DNA of 32,066 bases, from positions 33,807,304 to 33,839,369 of the forward strand of contig NC_068986.1 of assembly GCF_001194135.2 (NCBI RefSeq). The letters run 5' to 3'. This DNA comes from Octopus bimaculoides. Lineage: Eukaryota. The notes under the pieces were generated by a model that saw nothing but the letters and a program-made list of their open reading frames with translations, had not been told where the DNA came from and searched no databases. Positions 1 through 12,204 of this stretch are shown in pieces. The number at the start of each line of letters is the position of its first letter. Position 1 is the first letter of the stretch. The position numbers and the translations under genes are program-made.

Positions 1-21
1 CATACGATATGCGCATCACAT

Positions 22-152
<131 letters not shown>

Positions 153-157
153 TTAAG

Positions 158-720
158 GCAGCGACTTTGCCTTTCATTCTTTCGGGGTTGATAAAATAAG
201 TACCAGTTGCACACTGGGGTTTATGTAATCAGCTTAAGCTCTCCCCCGAAACTACTGGCCTTGTGCCAAAAAAACATGAAACCATCATTGTTGAAGGCAG
301 CTCCCTGGCAGGATCGTTAGCAGGTCTGAGCATAATGTTCAGCAGCATTTCGTCCGCCTTTATTTTCACATAACAGCGAGATCGACTTTACCTTTTATCC
401 TTTCGGTGTCGATTAAATAAGTGCCCCAAAATTTCAGGCCTTATGCCTATAATAGAAATATTAGTATTGTCATTGAAAACAGCCAGCTGGCAGAATCGTC
501 AACGCGTTGGGCAAAAATCCATAGAGATGTTTCTTCCAACTCATTCATTACATACTGAGTTCAAATTCCACCGGGGTCAACATTGCATTTCATCTTTTTG
601 GGGTCGATAGAATAAGTATCAGTTGATCACAGCGATCGATGGTATCGACTAAAACTCTCCTATCGAAACTAATGGTATTGAGTCAAAATTTGAATGAATT
701 GTTATAAGTAGTATCATTGA
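158..720 (+). mobile_element. Three head-to-tail degenerate copies of tRNA-derived SINE family A (about 158-292, 295-475, 478-720)
   Basis: Recurring blocks ctggcag(a/g)atcgt, gagttcaaattccacc (B-box-like), gactttgcctttcat, tcgataaaataagtaccagt and ggccttgtgcc, shared with copies at 7.3, 15.2 and 23.9 kb. Confidence 0.8.
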
Positions 721-1274
721 AGTATTGTGATGATAATATCTTATTACTGCCAGAAAGATGTTAGATGAGGATGACGTTACAAAAGCAGATTACAATTTAT
801 TGGGCGAAGAAAACATTGTGTGAGAATCAGTGTCGGTTCGTAGATTAAATTAGTGGGGGTCCTGCTTCAGAAATTTTTTAGCCGTTGTTTTAATATTGCG
901 TAAAAAGAAACAAGCATATAAAAAGAAAATTTATGCATAAATTTGATCGGTTCGCGTTTTAGCCAAAAGCCGGGTAGTGTGTTTAATTTATTCACTGAAC
1001 ACCGCCGCGAATTCCCCCCTTGTTTTTCAAAAATCCCCACTAAATCACAAAATATGGCGTGGAAATGTGCCCTATTTTTTTTCAAATCTTGGAAGAATCA
1101 CTGAAGCTGGAAGTAGGATAATAATCTAATTCTACACTTTATCAAATTCAAGAATATAAACACATTTTTAAGCAGAACACAAGCAGGGTCAAAAAGAAAC
1201 ACTACCTTTCACTCGGCACTGTCGTTCACTTAGTGCTCTCTCTCCCTAGTGTGAAGCTTCCTATCTCGAACATG

Positions 1275-1286
1275 TGAGCATGCGCA
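1275..1286. promoter_or_regulatory. NRF1-like element TGAGCATGCGCA in a locally CpG-rich segment; possible promoter
   Basis: 11/12 match to palindromic TGCGCATGCGCA; many CpGs at about 870-1330; donor-like sites on both sides. Motif evidence only. Confidence 0.3.
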
Positions 1287-1724
1287 CAACAGCCAAATAC
1301 CGCGTCGCTGGAACTGTAAAGCGCACAGTTCTATACAAGGATTTTTGTATTTTTTTTCATTAACTAAGGGATGGCTACTGACATTAAGCTTAAGGATTTC
1401 ATAATGTACAAGTATAAGAGAATTAAAGGAAAAAGGACTCATTATATTGAATGTTATCGATCATATCGAGTGGAAATAGGGGGTGCTGCACTTCCGCAGT
1501 TTCTATACACAAGCCGCCACTGGTGAGAATTAATATCAAACGTATACGCATTATACAATGGTACAGTCTTGACGCTGGATATCTTCCAACAAGAGCCAAT
1601 GAAGAATTCTATAGATCCAAGATCATCGTAATCACCTCGTTCAACTGTTCTTCTGCGATTTACTAGTACATGCATAGAGCATAGAGTAGGTTCCATCTAC
1701 CCTAACCATTTCTGCAACGTTCGT

Positions 1725-1890
1725 CCACTTGGGGCACATAGCGGGAAATTCGAGGTGGGAGTACAGTCAATTATATCAACCCTAGTACTTCACTGATACT
1801 AAAGTGATCGATCTCGGAGGGATAGAAGATAAAATTGATTTCGGCAGATTTGAACTCAGAAGATAAAGAGCCAAATTTTGCAAGACTTTT
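1725..1890 (-). mobile_element. Degenerate SINE family A
   Basis: Contains atttgaactcaga, gatcgatctcgga and tagtactt, matching the reverse complement of the family A core. Confidence 0.65.
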
Positions 1891-1918
1891 TCTTTCAACA
1901 TTGAAATAAAAAGAAAAT

Positions 1919-2034
1919 AGGAGTGGCTGTGTGGTAAGTAGCTTGCTTATCAACCACATGGTTCTGGGTTCAGTGCTACTGCGTGGCACCTTGGGCAAGT
2001 GTCTTCTACTATAGGAGTGGCTGTATGGTAAGTA
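1919..2034 (+). mobile_element. SINE family B 5' part (1919-2013) followed by a repeat of its first 21 nt (2014-2034)
   Basis: ggagtggctgtgtggtaagtagcttgc...gggttcagt...ggcaccttgggcaagtgtcttctactata; A/B-box-like head shared with the 12.4, 13.7 and 14.1 kb copies. Confidence 0.85.
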
Positions 2035-2238
2035 CACCGAAAGGAAAAAAAGAGTAGCCGACAGCCAAACCCGGTAGAAGATGTTTGCCGTCCAACGAAC
2101 TGAGTAGGACCGGAGGATCTAAAGCTAACTAGCGATTCGGCAAAAAAAGATCGAGAGGAATAAGTACCTAACTCCACGAAATAAGTACAAAACAGACACA
2201 CAACACATACACACACATACATATATATGCATATATAC

Positions 2239-2295
2239 TGAACCCGGAACCATATGGTCGATAAGCAAGCTACTTATCACACAGTCACTCCTACG

Positions 2296-2299
<4 letters not shown>
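2239..2299 (-). mobile_element. SINE family B head, inverted relative to the 1919 copy
   Basis: tgaacccggaaccat...aagcaagctacttatcacacagtcactcctacgcc is the reverse complement of the family B head. Confidence 0.85.
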
Positions 2300-2334
<35 letters not shown>

Positions 2335-2443
2335 NNNNNNNNNNNNNNNNNNNNNNNNNNNNNNNNNNNNNNNNNNNNNNNNNNNNNNNNNNNNNNNNNN
2401 NNNNNNNNNNNNNNNNNNNNNNNNNNNNNNNNNNNNNNNNNNN

Positions 2444-2487
<44 letters not shown>

Positions 2488-3169
2488 GAGAGAACTTTTA
2501 TAATTAAATATTAGGAATTATATTTAAAAATATCTGTTCTATTATAGAAGTAGAGGTAATTTATTTCGTATAAATTTTAACAACAAAATCTGATATGGAC
2601 CCCGGCTGTGAACCACTGGACTAAGCCTTTCAAGGTAGTGGTCCAAAGTGGTGTCCAAGCATGCCAGCAGTCCAGTGACTTGAAACAAGTGAAAGATAAA
2701 CGATGAACAGGCAGGCAAATATCGAACGAAAACTTGAACTAGTTAACGCATTGTTAAAACTGCGCACTGACTATTTCACAGAAGAACTAAGAAGAACTAT
2801 TGCAGTATTATGATTGCGCCATATGTCTGGATTTGAATCTAAAAATTTACATTCTAGAAAGAAAATACAACAGTTAAAATCGACATCAGCAGAAACAAAT
2901 GCAACAGATTATGAAAGGAAAAAAAAACTATATATATATATAAAAAGAATATCTTTGGTTGGAAAAGACAAGATTTGGTAGCGCTAAATTTGATGTGCAT
3001 CCCGCTATTTTGTTACACAATCGGAAGAAATGTTGGAGCCAATATTAACAAAAAAAGTTAAAAAATGAGAACAAATAGAAATTTTTCTCAATGTATTTCG
3101 CTTCTATATTTAAAGATATTTTGCACCATTGACTATTATAATCATCAATATCAGAAAGAAATTCTGTTG

Positions 3170-3175
3170 ATGTAT

Positions 3176-3220
<45 letters not shown>

Positions 3221-4372
3221 CACACACACACAAACACACACACACATACGTACGTACGTACATACATGCATACATACATTCACGCGTATAAATGAATGTA
3301 TCTGTCTGTACTTATACATACATACATACACACACACACATACATATATGTATTCATATATATATATATACATACATATATATGCATATACATATGCATG
3401 TATGCATTTATATACATACGCATACGCGCATATATACATACACTCTGAGAAAGATATATATATATATATACATATNNNNNNNNNNNNNNNNNNNNNNNNN
3501 NNNNNNNNNNNNNNNNNNNNNNNNNNNNNNNNNNNNNNNNNNNNNNNNNNNNNNNNNNNNNNNNNNNNNNNNNNNNNNNNNNNNNNNNNNNNNNNNNNNN
3601 NNNNNNNNNNNNNNNNNNNNNNNNNNNNNNNNNNNNNNNNNNNNNNNNNNNNNNNNNNNNNNNNNNNNNNNNNNNNNNNNNNNNNNNNNNNNNNNNNNNN
3701 NNNNNNNNNNNNNNNNNNNNNNNNNNNNNNNNNNNNNNNNNNNNNNNNNNNNNNNNNNNNNNNNNNNNNNNNNNNNNNNNNNNNNNNNNNNNNNNNNNNN
3801 NNNNNNNNNNNNNNNNNNNNNNNNNNNNNNNNNNNNNNNNNNNNNNNNNNNNNNNNNNNNNNNNNNNNNNNNNNNNNNNNNNNNNNNNNNNNNNNNNNNN
3901 NNNNNNNNNNNNNNNNNNNNNNNNNNNNNNNNNNNNNNNNNNNNNNNNNNNNNNNNNNNNNNNNNNNNNNNNNNNNNNNNNNNNNNNNNNNNNNNNNNNN
4001 NNNNNNNNNNNNNNNNNNNNNNNNNNNNNNNNNNNNNNNNNNNNNNNNNNNNNNNNNNNNNNNNNNNNNNNNNNNNNNNNNNNNNNNNNNNNNNNNNNNN
4101 NNNNNNNNNNNNNNNNNNNNNNNNNNNNNNNNNNNNNNNNNNNNNNNNNNNNNNNNNNNNNNNNNNNNNNNNNNNNNNNNNNNNNNNNNNNNNNNNNNNN
4201 NNNNNNNNNNNNNNNNNNNNNNNNNNNNNNNNNNNNNNNNNNNNNNNNNNNNNNNNNNNNNNNNNNNNNNNNNNNNNNNNNNNNNNNNNNNNNNNNNNNN
4301 NNNNNNNNNNNNNNNNNNNNNNNNNNNNNNNNNNNNNNNNNNNNNNNNNNNNNNNNNNNNNNNNNNNNNNNN

Positions 4373-4404
<32 letters not shown>

Positions 4405-4423
4405 GCACACATATACATATATG

Positions 4424-4461
<38 letters not shown>

Positions 4462-4462
4462 C
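3170..4462. repeat. Compound (CA)n/(TA)n/(CATA)n microsatellite with assembly gap 3476-4372
   Basis: Direct read. Confidence 0.95.
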
Positions 4463-4526
4463 AACAATACTTTGATCTAGCGGCCTGCTCAGGACGTGAG
4501 TGCTGGAGAGAGCGAGAGAGAGAAAG

Positions 4527-4682
4527 AGAGAAGTACCAGTGCTTAGCTGGTTCTCATTTTCAGTCTTATACAATGGAGCAATGAATTGCCTTGTTGAAGA
4601 GCATAACGCTCCGCTCGATCCAGTATTGAACCTACATTATGATCTTCAGCCAAATATTCTAATCACTAAACTACGCGCCTTC
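4527..4682 (-). mobile_element. Degenerate SINE family D
   Basis: cattttcag...tggagcaa...ttgttgaagagcataac...ctaatcactaaactacgcgcct aligns by eye with the better copy at 30346-30586. Confidence 0.6.
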
Positions 4683-5189
4683 ATTTTGTCTTGAACAGCC
4701 ACCATATTTAAAACTGTTCTTTTACAGTTTAATGACTTAACGCTGCGTTGTTCAGTTTCCCAATTTCCCAAAGAGACAAAATTGAGATGAAAAGAGTTAT
4801 CATACTGACATTTCGTTGTTGCAAATAAAACTAAGAGCTCTTGGAGGAATTCCATAGAAATTGATTCAACGTGAAGTCTTCGTCGGATTTTGATATTTAT
4901 AAAGTGTTTGTAAATGTTAGACGCATCCAATGTCAACATAGTGGTAACTAACATACACACTCTTTTATATTATACACTCTCCTTCATATCATACACATGC
5001 CTTCATATTATACACACGCTTTCATTTGCTAAGAATTTTCTTTTTTATTGTGATTTTTACTACACTTAGCCTCTGCTGTCAGAAGTAGGAGCCCATACGT
5101 AATTTTATTCCAAAGGGGGTAAAAAAAATAGTCAACGTCCTCAGAGAAAGCTTGTCTGATGGTCTTTTTCTTGAAATCGGCTCCTAAGA

Positions 5190-5570
5190 ACTCCTCCTCA
5201 TACAATAAATTGTCAACTCTTTTAACATCCTAGGATGCTAGCTTTGATCTGCAGGTCATATTGCTTCATCTCACGACCATATACTTTTCATACCGCAAAG
5301 GAACCCTCTTTGTGTATTTTGCAACTTTCTTCTCTCTTGCCTCCGCCTTCGTTCCTTCCAAGGTGGCCTCCCACTCTCAAGAGGCTCGCACAGTCACAAA
5401 TATAACACTTGAAGTTTTGTTGTCACGTTGTTTTTCTTCCTACAATAGGTTTGTTTTCGAATGATTCTATAACCCTTCTCTGCTGAAATTTAATTTGCTA
5501 TCATCTCTGCACACTTGGCCTCATTGTGTTACAGGGTGACAACAGGATTTTAACCTATGAGATAAAGCCA
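5190..5570 (-). mobile_element. Highly decayed RLE-domain fragment of a non-LTR retrotransposon (R2/NeSL/Utopia-like)
   Basis: Minus-strand translation with frameshifts and stops gives ALSHRLKSC..., HNEAKCAEMIAN*ISAEKGYRII, QRDNKTSSVIFVTV, EAREKKVAKY and KASILG, in the order expected for zinc knuckle/RHN/D-V-T-V/K-x-x-K-Y/G-A-L-G motifs. The catalytic PD is not preserved. Confidence 0.45.
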
Positions 5571-5916
5571 CTAGTTAGCCAATATCTGAGAAAAACCAAA
5601 CAGGGGTGCAAATAGGTAAAAAAAATAGCACCACTGGGAGAGAAACACAGGGTTCAAAATTGAAATTGATGAAATTTTGATAGCAGTACGGAATGAAATC
5701 GTCCCTACAAGAGATCATCAAAGCATGTCAAAAAGAAAAGCTCATTAACTATCTGTAAATTTCGTGGAGGAGGACGGGATTAGGATTTTTAAGTCTATAG
5801 TGAACCGTCTGTTTTCTCCATTTTCTCATATTACGCTACAAAAGTGAAAGTGGATTCTAAACGATGGAGCGAAAATCCAACTCGATGGAGCTTTGGGATA
5901 CTTGAAGCTTTACCAC

Positions 5917-5963
<47 letters not shown>

Positions 5964-6384
5964 TGTATGTATGTATGTACGTACGTACGTATGTATGTAT
6001 GTATATGTGTGTATATATATATTTCCCAACGGAAATTGAAATCGGTTTGCTGAATTACCGCAGCTCTGTAAAACTGTATATGACTGTTAACTTAGGGACA
6101 TAACGGGTCTCGAATTTTCGATTTTACTTGAAACCCTGCTCCGTGCTTCTGCGAAATTTGACACTCGGAAAATGAATGATTAAACTGATTAGCATTAGAA
6201 CAGTAATAAAATTCTCACAAGAATTTTGAAAGTCTAGATTTTCGATTGCTAATATCTAGTAGGGCAGCAGGTAAAGTGTACATAAAAATAAGCAAATCTG
6301 ATTACGAAAACAAAGGAAGAAGAAATCATACTCGTAAAATTGTCAGTAATTTTCTGCTTTTCACGTCAATAAGAGAAGCAGATT

Positions 6385-6428
6385 TGCTTTCATATAAAGA
6401 TTTAACGTAGAATCTTTATATGAAAGCA
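6385..6428. other. Perfect 18-bp inverted repeat with 8-nt loop
   Basis: tgctttcatataaagatt (6385-6402), taacgtag, aatctttatatgaaagca (6411-6428). Confidence 0.9.
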
Positions 6429-6849
6429 TCAGCATTTAACCATAGTTGAACATAACACCACAACTATAAACACTGAATGTAACGTCCATAAATTCTATCA
6501 TGTGGATCATAAATGTCAGCTGCTTAGCTACTAGGTTCAGGAATGCACTATACATTAGCACCATTAAAATATATACATGGAACCATAATAGTGTAATAAA
6601 ATCTACTATAATTACTTAGTTGACCAACTTCGAAATTTTGTGAAATGAAGGCAAACCTCCAACTATGTTGCTGTATCTTTTTGTTTGCTTGTTTTTTGTT
6701 TCGCTTTTTTCTTTTTTGCTTTGTTCTTTTTCTTTATCTTTTTGTTAAATGACGAAATTTAAATTCTGTGGAACTTTGGCAGACGGACTGGTCATCATTT
6801 CATTTTGCGTACAGCAAACACACTTGAAATGTTTACTTATATAGAATTA

Positions 6850-7230
6850 AGATCTGGAATTTTGCACGTGGGAGGGAAGAGTTGATTATATCGATTACGA
6901 GTACTTGGTAGGCACATTTATCATATTTTATCGAACTTGTAAGGATGGAAGGCGAAATTTTCATTCGGTGGGAAATGAACTCAGAAATGAACTCAGAATA
7001 AATACAGTATATTTTTCCTAACGCTCTACCGCTTCTGAAAATCCACCGTCTTATTTCATTTAAAATTTATTTCTTACGTAGTCACAAGGTCAAGCATGTT
7101 ATGAACGCGTTCAGTTATTTCGAATGACGCCATTACTTGACTGGTTGCTTAATTAATCGACCTGGGAAGGATGAAAGTTAAAGCTGATCCAAGTGAAAAC
7201 TAAATAGCACATACGAATCTCTCAACTGAC
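6850..7230 (-). mobile_element. Two old degenerate SINE family A copies (about 6850-7050 and 7130-7230)
   Basis: aaggatggaaggcgaa...gaactcaga (with a 12-bp duplication aaatgaactcag) and ttaattaatcgacctgggaaggatgaaag. Confidence 0.55.
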
Positions 7231-7315
7231 AATTTTCATCAAACTTCAAAGAATATTACACGACGAAAAATATAAAATATCAATAGCATTTTAATAATTA
7301 TTTTTATTATTAGGA

Positions 7316-8056
7316 TGGCGAAAAGCAGCGAGCCGGCAGAATGGTTAGAACGGTGGACGAAATGCTTAGCAGTATTTCGCCCGTCACTACGTTCTGAGTT
7401 CAAATTCCACCGAGGCCGACTTTGCCTTTCATCTTTTCGGATTCGATAAATTAAATACCAGTTGCGCCCTGGGGTCGATCTAATCGACTGGCCCCCTCCC
7501 TAAAAATTTCGGGCTTTGGGCCGAGAGTAGAAAAGAATCGTTAGCATGCTGGACGAAATACTTAGCTGTATTTCGTCCGTCGCTACGTTCTGAGTTCAAA
7601 TTCCACCGAGATCGACTTTGCCTTTCATCCTTTCGGGGTCGATAAATTAAGTACCAGTCACACAGAAGTCGATGTAATCGACTATCCACCCACCACCCCC
7701 NNNNNNNNNNNNNNNNNNNNNNNNNNNNNNNNNNNNNNNNNNNNNNNNNNNNNNNNNNNNNNNNNNNNNNNNNNNNNNNNNNNNNNNNNNNNNNNNNNNN
7801 NNNNNNNNNNNNNNNNNNNNNNNNNNNNNNNNNNNNNNNNNNNNNNNNNNNNNNNNNNNNNNNNNNNNNNNNNNNNNNNNNNNNNNNNNNNNNNNNNNNN
7901 NNGGGTCGATAAATTAAGTACCGGTGAAACACTGGGGTCAATTTAATCGACTGGCCCCCTCCTCCACAATTTCAGGCCTTGTGCCTATAGTAGAAAGGAT
8001 TATTTGGACGGTGAGCTGGCAAATTAGTTATTGCGCCGAGCACTACCGCTTAGCGG
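7316..8056 (+). mobile_element. Head-to-tail array of SINE family A copies (7324-7538, 7535-7700, gap, about 7903-8003, head at 8006-8056)
   Basis: Well preserved: ggcagaatggttag...gaaatgcttagc...gttctgagttcaaattccaccgagg(c/t)cgactttgcctttcatc...aaatttcaggccttgtgcctatagtagaaaggattatt. Confidence 0.92.
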
Positions 8057-8131
8057 CGGTAGCGGTGGCAGCGGTAGCGGTGGCAGCGGTAGCGGTGGCA
8101 GCGGTAGCGGTGGCAGCTCGGCAGCTCGGCA
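8056..8131. repeat. GC-rich minisatellite (GCGGTAGCGGTGGCA)x4 followed by (GCTCGGCA)x2
   Basis: Four perfect 15-mers at 8056-8115. Confidence 0.95.
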
Positions 8132-8623
8132 GCAGTGATGGTTGTAGTAGATGCAGTAGTAGTGATGACGTCGTGTTCATTGCGATGATATAAGTGGCAT
8201 TTACAGAGATGACGTTGGATTAATGTCAAAAGTAGAGAAGTTTTTTGCACGTTGTGGTGGTGTGTGCAGAGTGCTGGTATAGGGTATTGTGATATATTAT
8301 GAGAGCAGTGCAGGGGATTAAGATACAGTATGCGGGTGGAGTTAGAGTTTAGTTCTAAATAAGATGGTGCAGAAGTGTTAAATGAATGTAAAAACTGCTA
8401 ACTAATTGAAAGTTGATGAAGAAAATTTTTTGTGAATTTGTGTTTTTGGTTGCTACTATCTATAAATGGATTGGAGGAGTTAGATGGAGAGAATTGAGGG
8501 TGTGGAGGTGGGGTAGCTGCGAATCATTGGTGTCTCGTCCTTGGGTTGTAATTGGAAACAAGTGCAGTTTATGATAACAGATTAAACACAATTATGGAAG
8601 AGGGCGTAATATGAAAATATACA

Positions 8624-9692
8624 TATGTATATAAATATATTCACACACACATACATACATACATACATACATACATACATACACACATACACGCATACAC
8701 GCATATATACATACATACATATATACACACATACACACATACATACATACATACATACATACATACATACATACATACGTACAGAAGTGGGGAGAGAGAA
8801 ATTTCTGTGGAAAAGTGAGAAACAGATACGGGGAAAATGAGATAAGGGAAAAAGGAAGAAGAAGAGAAAGAGAAGGAAGAGAAAGAGAATGAAATAGAGA
8901 AGGAGAATAAGGATGTGAATATTATGAATGTTAGTAGCAAATGTGTGGAATAACATTGACTATTGGATGAGAGAAGACAATGGGGGGAGAAAGAAACAGA
9001 GAAGAACGAGAGGAGAAGAGGGAGGGAAACTTTAAGGTAAATAATATGAGAGAGGGGGAGAAATGTGTGGAAAAAAAAAGAAGAGTAAGTAAACAGAGGG
9101 AGACGTGTGAGGAAAAGTGGCAGATGAGAGAGACGGAGATAAAAAGAGAGAGAGGACAGAGGAGAAGAGATGGAAGGAGGAAGAGGGTGAGAAGGAGTGA
9201 GATGGTGAGAGGGAGAGACGGAAGAGGTGGATTAGAGTGATGAATGCTGGAAAGATACAGATAGTGGGAGGGAAAGGATGGGTTAAGTAGATAATATGAG
9301 CAGAAGTAAAGAAGAAAGAAAGGAATTGCTGAAGACAGAGATTGAGGGACAGAACGAGTGTAAATGAAGGAGGCTGAGCGGGAATGAGAAGAGTGATAGA
9401 AGAAAGGGGAAAAACTGACCTACAGAGATAAAGAAATATGAACTATGTATGTATGTGTATGTATCTGTATATATATTTGTGTCTGTGTATGTGTGTGTAC
9501 CCGTATATATGTGCGTGTGTACCTGTATATATGTGTGTGCGTATGTGTGTGTGTGTGTATGCGTGTGTGTATGTGTGTGTATGTATGTACGTATGTATAT
9601 ATACATATATGTAGCGGTAAGTATGCACATATATACATATGCATATACATGTCTATGTGTGTGTGTGTATACATAAATGTATGCATATATGC

Positions 9693-9735
<43 letters not shown>

Positions 9736-9929
9736 CATACACACCCATATATATATATACTTATATACATAAATATATGTATGTGTGTATGCATGCAAAT
9801 ATATGCATATACTTAAGTAAATGTGCACGTCGATGTACATGTATATAAACACACTCACACACATACATATATATAAATATATACATGCATACACGCGTAT
9901 ATATGTACGTATATATATATATGTGCATG

Positions 9930-9963
<34 letters not shown>

Positions 9964-10066
9964 TGTAGGGACCTCATTTTATATACACCACCTGTCCTCG
10001 TCTGTTGTTATTTTTTGTATATTCTCCCATATATATATATATAGGGAGAGTGAGAATGCTAAATTC

Positions 10067-10108
<42 letters not shown>

Positions 10109-10755
10109 ATAGATAGCCATAAAAGAGACAAACACAGAGAGAGATGGGTGCAGGAAGACTCAGTGAAGCATATCATACGATTGGTGAATGAAATAGCTTT
10201 CTATGAATCCAATCAAGGCAGAATGAATGACAGTTTGCCCAGGCGTTAGCTGGAGGAGTTCTTGAGGGTAAAGCACAACAGTAATTAATTTTGAACTGAA
10301 AGGGAAAGGTTCGTTAACGCCTCCAGTAAAAGAATTGGTCATAATACATGAGTTAACACTTTACTGGACACCAACAATATCGTGTGACAATATCGTGTAA
10401 CACTGCCAGATTTGTCCACTCATTCTATCTCTGTTTCTCTGTGTCTCATTTTCTGGCTCTGTTTCTCTCTATTTCTCTCTCTCTCTTTTTCTCTCTCCCT
10501 ATCTATCTACCTGTCTCTGAAACTGTGTGTGAGCGCGTGCATGTGTGAGTGTGAATGCGTATATGCACATACGCGCACGCACACATACACACACACATAC
10601 ATACAGATGTGTGTGTATATGTATGTATGTGTGTATGTATACATGTACGTATGTATGGAGGAAGAAAGGGTGGAACTAAAACAGAACTGCTTAGTTTCGC
10701 GTACGTCCATCTATGTATATACATACATACATGCGCGCATAATATATGTATGTGG

Positions 10756-10795
<40 letters not shown>
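8624..10795. repeat. Low-complexity block: (CATA)n, GA-rich purine tract, (TG)n/(TA)n, (GATA)n and (TC)n
   Basis: Direct read; only about 10130-10410 is non-repetitive. Confidence 0.9.
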
Positions 10796-11296
10796 NNNNN
10801 NNNNNNNNNNNNNNNNNNNNNNNNNNNNNNNNNNNNNNNNNNNNNNNNNNNNNNNNNNNNNNNNNNNNNNNNNNNNNNNNNNNNNNNNNNNNNNNNNNNN
10901 NNNNNNNNNNNNNNNNNNNNNNNNNNNNNNNNNNNNNNNNNNNNNNNNNNNNNNNNNNNNNNNNNNNNNNNNNNNNNNNNNNNNNNNNNNNNNNNNNNNN
11001 NNNNNNNNNNNNNNNNNNNNNNNNNNNNNNNNNNNNNNNNNNNNNNNNNNNNNNNNNNNNNNNNNNNNNNNNNNNNNNNNNNNNNNNNNNNNNNNNNNNN
11101 NNNNNNNNNNNNNNNNNNNNNNNNNNNNNNNNNNNNNNNNNNNNNNNNNNNNNNNNNNNNNNNNNNNNNNNNNNNNNNNNNNNNNNNNNNNNNNNNNNNN
11201 NNNNNNNNNNNNNNNNNNNNNNNNNNNNNNNNNNNNNNNNNNNNNNNNNNNNNNNNNNNNNNNNNNNNNNNNNNNNNNNNNNNNNNNNNNNNNNNN

Positions 11297-11366
<70 letters not shown>

Positions 11367-11902
11367 TCTTTATTCCTCTCTCTCCTACTCTCGCTCCTTT
11401 CCCTAATACAGATATCTAATATTACTGGAAGCCATTTTAAAAACAACGTTATATTGATACAATGCACCTTTTTTTTCCTTGCCCATGTTAAATCACCGTA
11501 TTGATTGACAAGCTGATAACTAACTCAACCAATCAAATTAAATCCAGAACATTTTTATATTTAGCATTGTTACAGCTGTCCAAGCGGCGGAATCAGTAGT
11601 GCTCCCAGAGAAAAGTTCATTGTAAAGTGCTAATCTCTGTCCAGTTACAATCCGAGTTCAAATCCCGTTAGGGGCGTATTTCAGTTTCAGCATTGCTGTT
11701 TCGTTACCGTCTATCCCTGGAGTCAATTTTTCAAGAGTATTGTATTCATGCTTTAACAATAGGTTATCTTTTTCCTTAAGACGAAAATATATGATTCGTG
11801 GTAATTTTTGCTTGCTATTTCAAACTGATCCAGCGATCACATAAAGATGTCGCCACTGCCGCTACTGCCTCACCATCCGTCTACAGACGGGATCCTTAAA
11901 AC

Positions 11903-11957
11903 CAGTGGTTCTAAACTAGGGTTTATATGGCCCTTTGGGGGTCTACATAAGATTTTG
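11903..11957 (+). mobile_element. Probable hAT-type DNA transposon/MITE end, cut off by the adjacent SINE
   Basis: Starts CAGTGGTTCTAAAC, resembling CAGTGGTTC(T/C)CAA(A/C)C termini of hAT/Charlie-like elements; no second end seen. Confidence 0.4.
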
Positions 11958-12173
11958 TTACTCTTTTACTTGTTTCAGTCATTTGACTGCGGCCATGCTG
12001 GAGCACCGCCTTTAGTCGAGCAAATCGACCCCAGGATTTATTCTTTGTAAGCCTAGTACTTATTCTATCGGTCTCTTTTGCCGAACCGCTAAGTTACGCG
12101 GACGTAAACACACCAACATCGGTTGTCAAGCGATGTTGGGGGGACAAACACAGACACACAAACATATACACAC

Positions 12174-12204
<31 letters not shown>

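Noticed and set aside
1454-1696. Minus ORF with Kelch-like YTFDINSHQWRLV
   Set aside because: Single partial motif with no preceding GG, a stop soon after and no convincing donor; likely chance.
2703-2930. Coding-looking MNRQANIERKLELVNALLKLRTDY...
   Set aside because: In-frame TGA after 36 codons, no splice signals and no recognisable family.
4481-4495. 15-nt microexon-like segment (ctag|cggcctgctcaggac|GTGAGT)
   Set aside because: Good donor, but the acceptor lies against a (CA)n tract with a poor pyrimidine run; no other support.
5640-5750. GFKIEIDEIL, resembling the Merlin/ISXO2 transposase VEIDES motif
   Set aside because: No other transposase motifs or TIRs found.
7316-8056. Repeat-spacer-like periodicity (CRISPR or cassette array)
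   Set aside because: Units are 150-230-bp tRNA-derived SINEs, not short repeats with unique spacers; no prokaryotic or cas features in the window.
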